Shown: positions 61,298 to 64,000 of the stretch, one piece after another
How the letters are laid out: each line of letters starts with the position of its first letter
Position numbering within the stretch: the first letter of the stretch is position 1
Source: Spirochaetia bacterium
Lineage (GTDB): Bacteria; Spirochaetota; Spirochaetia; DSM-2461
Length of the DNA: 64,000 nt
Reading direction: 5' to 3'
Assembly: GCA_963666985.2 (NCBI GenBank)
Contig: CAXXIA010000002.1
Location: 2,240,001 to 2,304,000 of the forward strand
Notes under the pieces: model-generated
Database searches by the model: none
Seen by the model: only the letters and a program-made list of their open reading frames with translations
What the model was told of the DNA's origin: nothing
Position numbers and translations under genes: made by a program

Positions 61298-63394
61298 GTG
61301 TTGGACGAAATTGTATTGAGCATCGACGGCGTCGAAGTGCCATCACGGAAAGGCCAAAGCATTCTTGATGCGTCCTTGGAAGCCGGAATTTATATTCCTC
61401 ATATTTGTTCTCATCCCGATTTGTCCTCTCAGGGCGAATGCAAGCTTTGCGTGGTGGAAGTCGACGGAGAAACGAAACTCTCGTGTCGGACCGAAGTTCG
61501 GCAGGGTCTGTCGGTTACGACGAAGTCGGATCATCTGCAGCATCTGCGTGTTACGGCGCTGGAACTGATGCTGGCCGGTCATCCTCATGACTGTACGTCC
61601 TGCGTGGTGTATCTCAACTGCGAGCTCCAGGCGATGATGCAGTATCTGGGAGCCGTTCATGCCCGGATGCGGAGTGTTCACAAGAAGAATAACGCGGTTA
61701 ATACGAGAAACCCCATTATCATCCGTGAATTGGAGCGGTGCATTCAGTGCGGACGATGCGTTCGGGCCTGCGAAGAGCTTCGCGGCGTCGGAATTCTTGA
61801 ATACCGAAACAGAGACGGTGAAAGCTACATCGGAACGGCGGACGACAAGCCTTTTATGGAAGCGGATTGCCGGTTTTGCGGGGCCTGTATCGCCGTTTGC
61901 CCGACCGGCGCCCTCAGAATGGATACAAAACTCAGTTCCGAGGCCGTGCCCTGCCGTTCGGAATGCCCCGCTCACGTGGATATCCCCCGTTATGTCCGTT
62001 TCGTGAAGGAAGGCCGTTACGGCGAGGCCGCTGCCGTTGTGCGGGAAAAGGCGCCGCTGCCGCTTTCTCTCGGCTATGTCTGCAGTCATCCCTGCGAAGA
62101 GGTCTGCCGCCGGGAAGAGTTGAATCGGGCCGTTTCCATACGTGAAATCAAGCGTTTCGCCGCCGAGAACGATACGCGGGGATTCTGGAAAGAACACCAT
62201 GTGAAAAAGAGCCCGACCGGAAAAAAAGCCGCGATTATCGGCAGCGGCGCGGCCGGTCTGACGGCGGCCTATTATTTAAGTACGGCCGGACACGATGTGA
62301 CGATTTTTGAACGGCTTCCGGTTGCGGGCGGCATGATGTCCACCGGAATCCCCGAGTATCGTCTGCCGAGAAATGTCGTTCAATCCGAAATCGATGTTAT
62401 TCTTGAAAATGGCGCCCGGCTGGTTACATCGCGGAATATTGAAACGGTTGATGAGCTTTTTAACGAAGGCTTCGATGCCGTTTTGGTTGCCGTCGGCGCT
62501 TCGGTCGGTAAAAAACTCGGTTTCCCCGGTGCGGAGAACGAACAAGTTTATTCCGCCGTTGATGTTCTTCGGGCGGCATCTCTGGGAGAAAAAGTTGCTC
62601 TGGGCAATCGCGTAACCGTTCTCGGCGGAGGGAATGTGGCTTTTGATGCGGCCCGTGTCTGTGTTCGCCTCGGCGTGGAAGAGGTGAATCTTGTCTGCCT
62701 GGAACCCGAGGGGGGGATGCTGGCCGATGAAGAAGAAATCATTCAGGGAAAGGAAGAAGGCATCAACATTCTTAATTCCAAAACGACTTTGGAACTTGAA
62801 ACCGAAAACGGGAACCTGAAAGGTGTTCGGGTTATTGATGTGGCGGAATTTTCCTTCGGTCCGGGAGGAAAACTCGATTTAAAAACCGTGGAAGGTTCGG
62901 AAACCCTGATTCCTTCCGATACGGTGATTTTCGCGGTCGGCCAGAAAACGGACTTGTCGGATGATTTCGGCGTTGAATTAACGCCGTTCGGATATGCGCA
63001 AGTCGCCGAAGGTGCGTTCGCCGCAAGCCGGGAAGGCGTTTTTGCCGCCGGCGATGCCGTTACCGGAACAAAATTCGTTATTTCGGCCATAGCCGGCGGC
63101 CGGAGCGCCGCGGCGGAAATGGATCAGTTCCTGGGCGGAACGGGAGAGATCGACGAGGTGCTGGCTCCTGTTGAAATCCCCGATGGAAAAATCGGAATAC
63201 TCGAAGGTTTTTCCGCATTGCGGCGGGAAGATGTTGATTATATCGGAGCGGACGAACGGAAGGCGGGATTCGCAGAAATCAGCTGCGGCTATGATGAATG
63301 CCGGGCTCGCGATGAAGCTTCGCGATGTCTTCAGTGTGATTTGCGTCTGAATATATCAAAAACCAAGTTATGGACGGACTATATCAAGACATGA
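61298..63394 (+). CDS. Fe-S flavoprotein: NuoG/HydA-type N-terminal Fe-S domains fused to GltD/NfnB-like FAD/NAD(P) domain
   Basis: C..C..C 2Fe-2S, H...C..C....C, two CxxCxxCxxxC, PC..ECP, GSGAAG, GIPEYRLP, GGGNVA, EA.RC..C. Confidence 0.85.
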   Translation: MLDEIVLSIDGVEVPSRKGQSILDASLEAGIYIPHICSHPDLSSQGECKLCVVEVDGETKLSCRTEVRQGLSVTTKSDHLQHLRVTALELMLAGHPHDCTSCVVYLNCELQAMMQYLGAVHARMRSVHKKNNAVNTRNPIIIRELERCIQCGRCVRACEELRGVGILEYRNRDGESYIGTADDKPFMEADCRFCGACIAVCPTGALRMDTKLSSEAVPCRSECPAHVDIPRYVRFVKEGRYGEAAAVVREKAPLPLSLGYVCSHPCEEVCRREELNRAVSIREIKRFAAENDTRGFWKEHHVKKSPTGKKAAIIGSGAAGLTAAYYLSTAGHDVTIFERLPVAGGMMSTGIPEYRLPRNVVQSEIDVILENGARLVTSRNIETVDELFNEGFDAVLVAVGASVGKKLGFPGAENEQVYSAVDVLRAASLGEKVALGNRVTVLGGGNVAFDAARVCVRLGVEEVNLVCLEPEGGMLADEEEIIQGKEEGINILNSKTTLELETENGNLKGVRVIDVAEFSFGPGGKLDLKTVEGSETLIPSDTVIFAVGQKTDLSDDFGVELTPFGYAQVAEGAFAASREGVFAAGDAVTGTKFVISAIAGGRSAAAEMDQFLGGTGEIDEVLAPVEIPDGKIGILEGFSALRREDVDYIGADERKAGFAEISCGYDECRARDEASRCLQCDLRLNISKTKLWTDYIKT

Positions 63395-64000
63395 TTCAGT
63401 GCGAGAAAGAAAAAATCGATTTACCCGATACATCGGAAATCCTCGAAAAGGCCGAAACGGTTTGTCCGGTGGATTGGGCCCTTGCCGTCGCGGATAAAGC
63501 ACGGCGGGAATCCTGCGGGAAATGCGTCATGTGCCGGGAAGGAACTCTTCAGCTGTATACGATCATTTCCGACATCGTGAGCGGTAAAGGTGAATCGGAC
63601 GATCCGGATTTAATCCTCGATTTGTGCGGAGTAATCGGGGAGGCGGCCGATTGTGAAATGGCCCGAGAGGCATCATCGCTGATTCGATTGTCTTTGGAAA
63701 CGCACAGAGACGATTGGAACGCGCATATTCTGCGCAAGCGCTGCCCCGCTCTGGTTTGTTCCGCGTATATCACCATCGCCGTTAAGCCCGATCTCTGTAA
63801 AGGTTCCGGAGAGTGTGCCAAGGTTTGTCCGGAAAATGCCATAGCCGGTTCCGAGGGATTGATTCATGTGGTGGATGCGGCCCTCTGTACGCGGTGCGGG
63901 GCCTGTATCGAGGCGTGTCCCCATGGAGCGGTGGGAAAATTCGGAGTCGTTGTTCCGAAAACACCGGATAAACCTGTTCCGGTCGGTTCTTTCGAGGGGG
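63391..64000 (+). CDS. NuoF/HydB C-terminal-like Fe-S protein with 2[4Fe-4S] ferredoxin domain (runs off window)
   Basis: ATGA overlap with previous stop; hand translation gives CPVD...ESCGKCVMCREG, H...K.C...C and C..C..C...CP motifs. Confidence 0.8.
   Translation, partial: MIQCEKEKIDLPDTSEILEKAETVCPVDWALAVADKARRESCGKCVMCREGTLQLYTIISDIVSGKGESDDPDLILDLCGVIGEAADCEMAREASSLIRLSLETHRDDWNAHILRKRCPALVCSAYITIAVKPDLCKGSGECAKVCPENAIAGSEGLIHVVDAALCTRCGACIEACPHGAVGKFGVVVPKTPDKPVPVGSFEG

Overview
64 kb of a bacterial chromosome, probably an anaerobic spirochaete (inferred from MCP style, a lipoprotein signal peptide and the fermentative gene set). It is densely coding; no rRNA, tRNA, CRISPR array, integrase or transposase was recognised. 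Left part: end of a phosphonate-type ABC transporter, CoA-disulfide reductase-rhodanese fusion, CBS-pyrophosphatase, two paralogous MCPs, deoC, a GNAT and a 7TM HD-GYP protein. Then a three-gene lipid operon (GT2, PlsC-type acyltransferase, FAAL-ACP-reductase). A MocR regulator has its first 27 codons plus operator region repeated 12.2 kb away. The two copies bracket a cluster of LIV-type ABC transporter, ATC-hydrolase-like protein, DhaK/L, CyuA-like desulfidase and a two-component system. The second copy precedes a class III aminotransferase and an acylating aldehyde dehydrogenase. The right third is the best candidate for an undescribed system: a 6-oxocamphor-hydrolase-like beta-diketone hydrolase (second copy at 21.4 kb), SDR, FadH-like flavoenzyme, MFS, BKACE, thiolase, Ptb/Buk, crotonase, two 4-hydroxybutyryl-CoA dehydratase paralogs, Hbd, an AraC regulator with a shared promoter motif, and an unusual Fe-S flavoprotein pair. 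This fits anaerobic ring opening of cyclic 1,3-diketones and fermentation of the resulting 4-oxo/4-hydroxy acids. All family calls come from motif recognition by eye, not from database searches.
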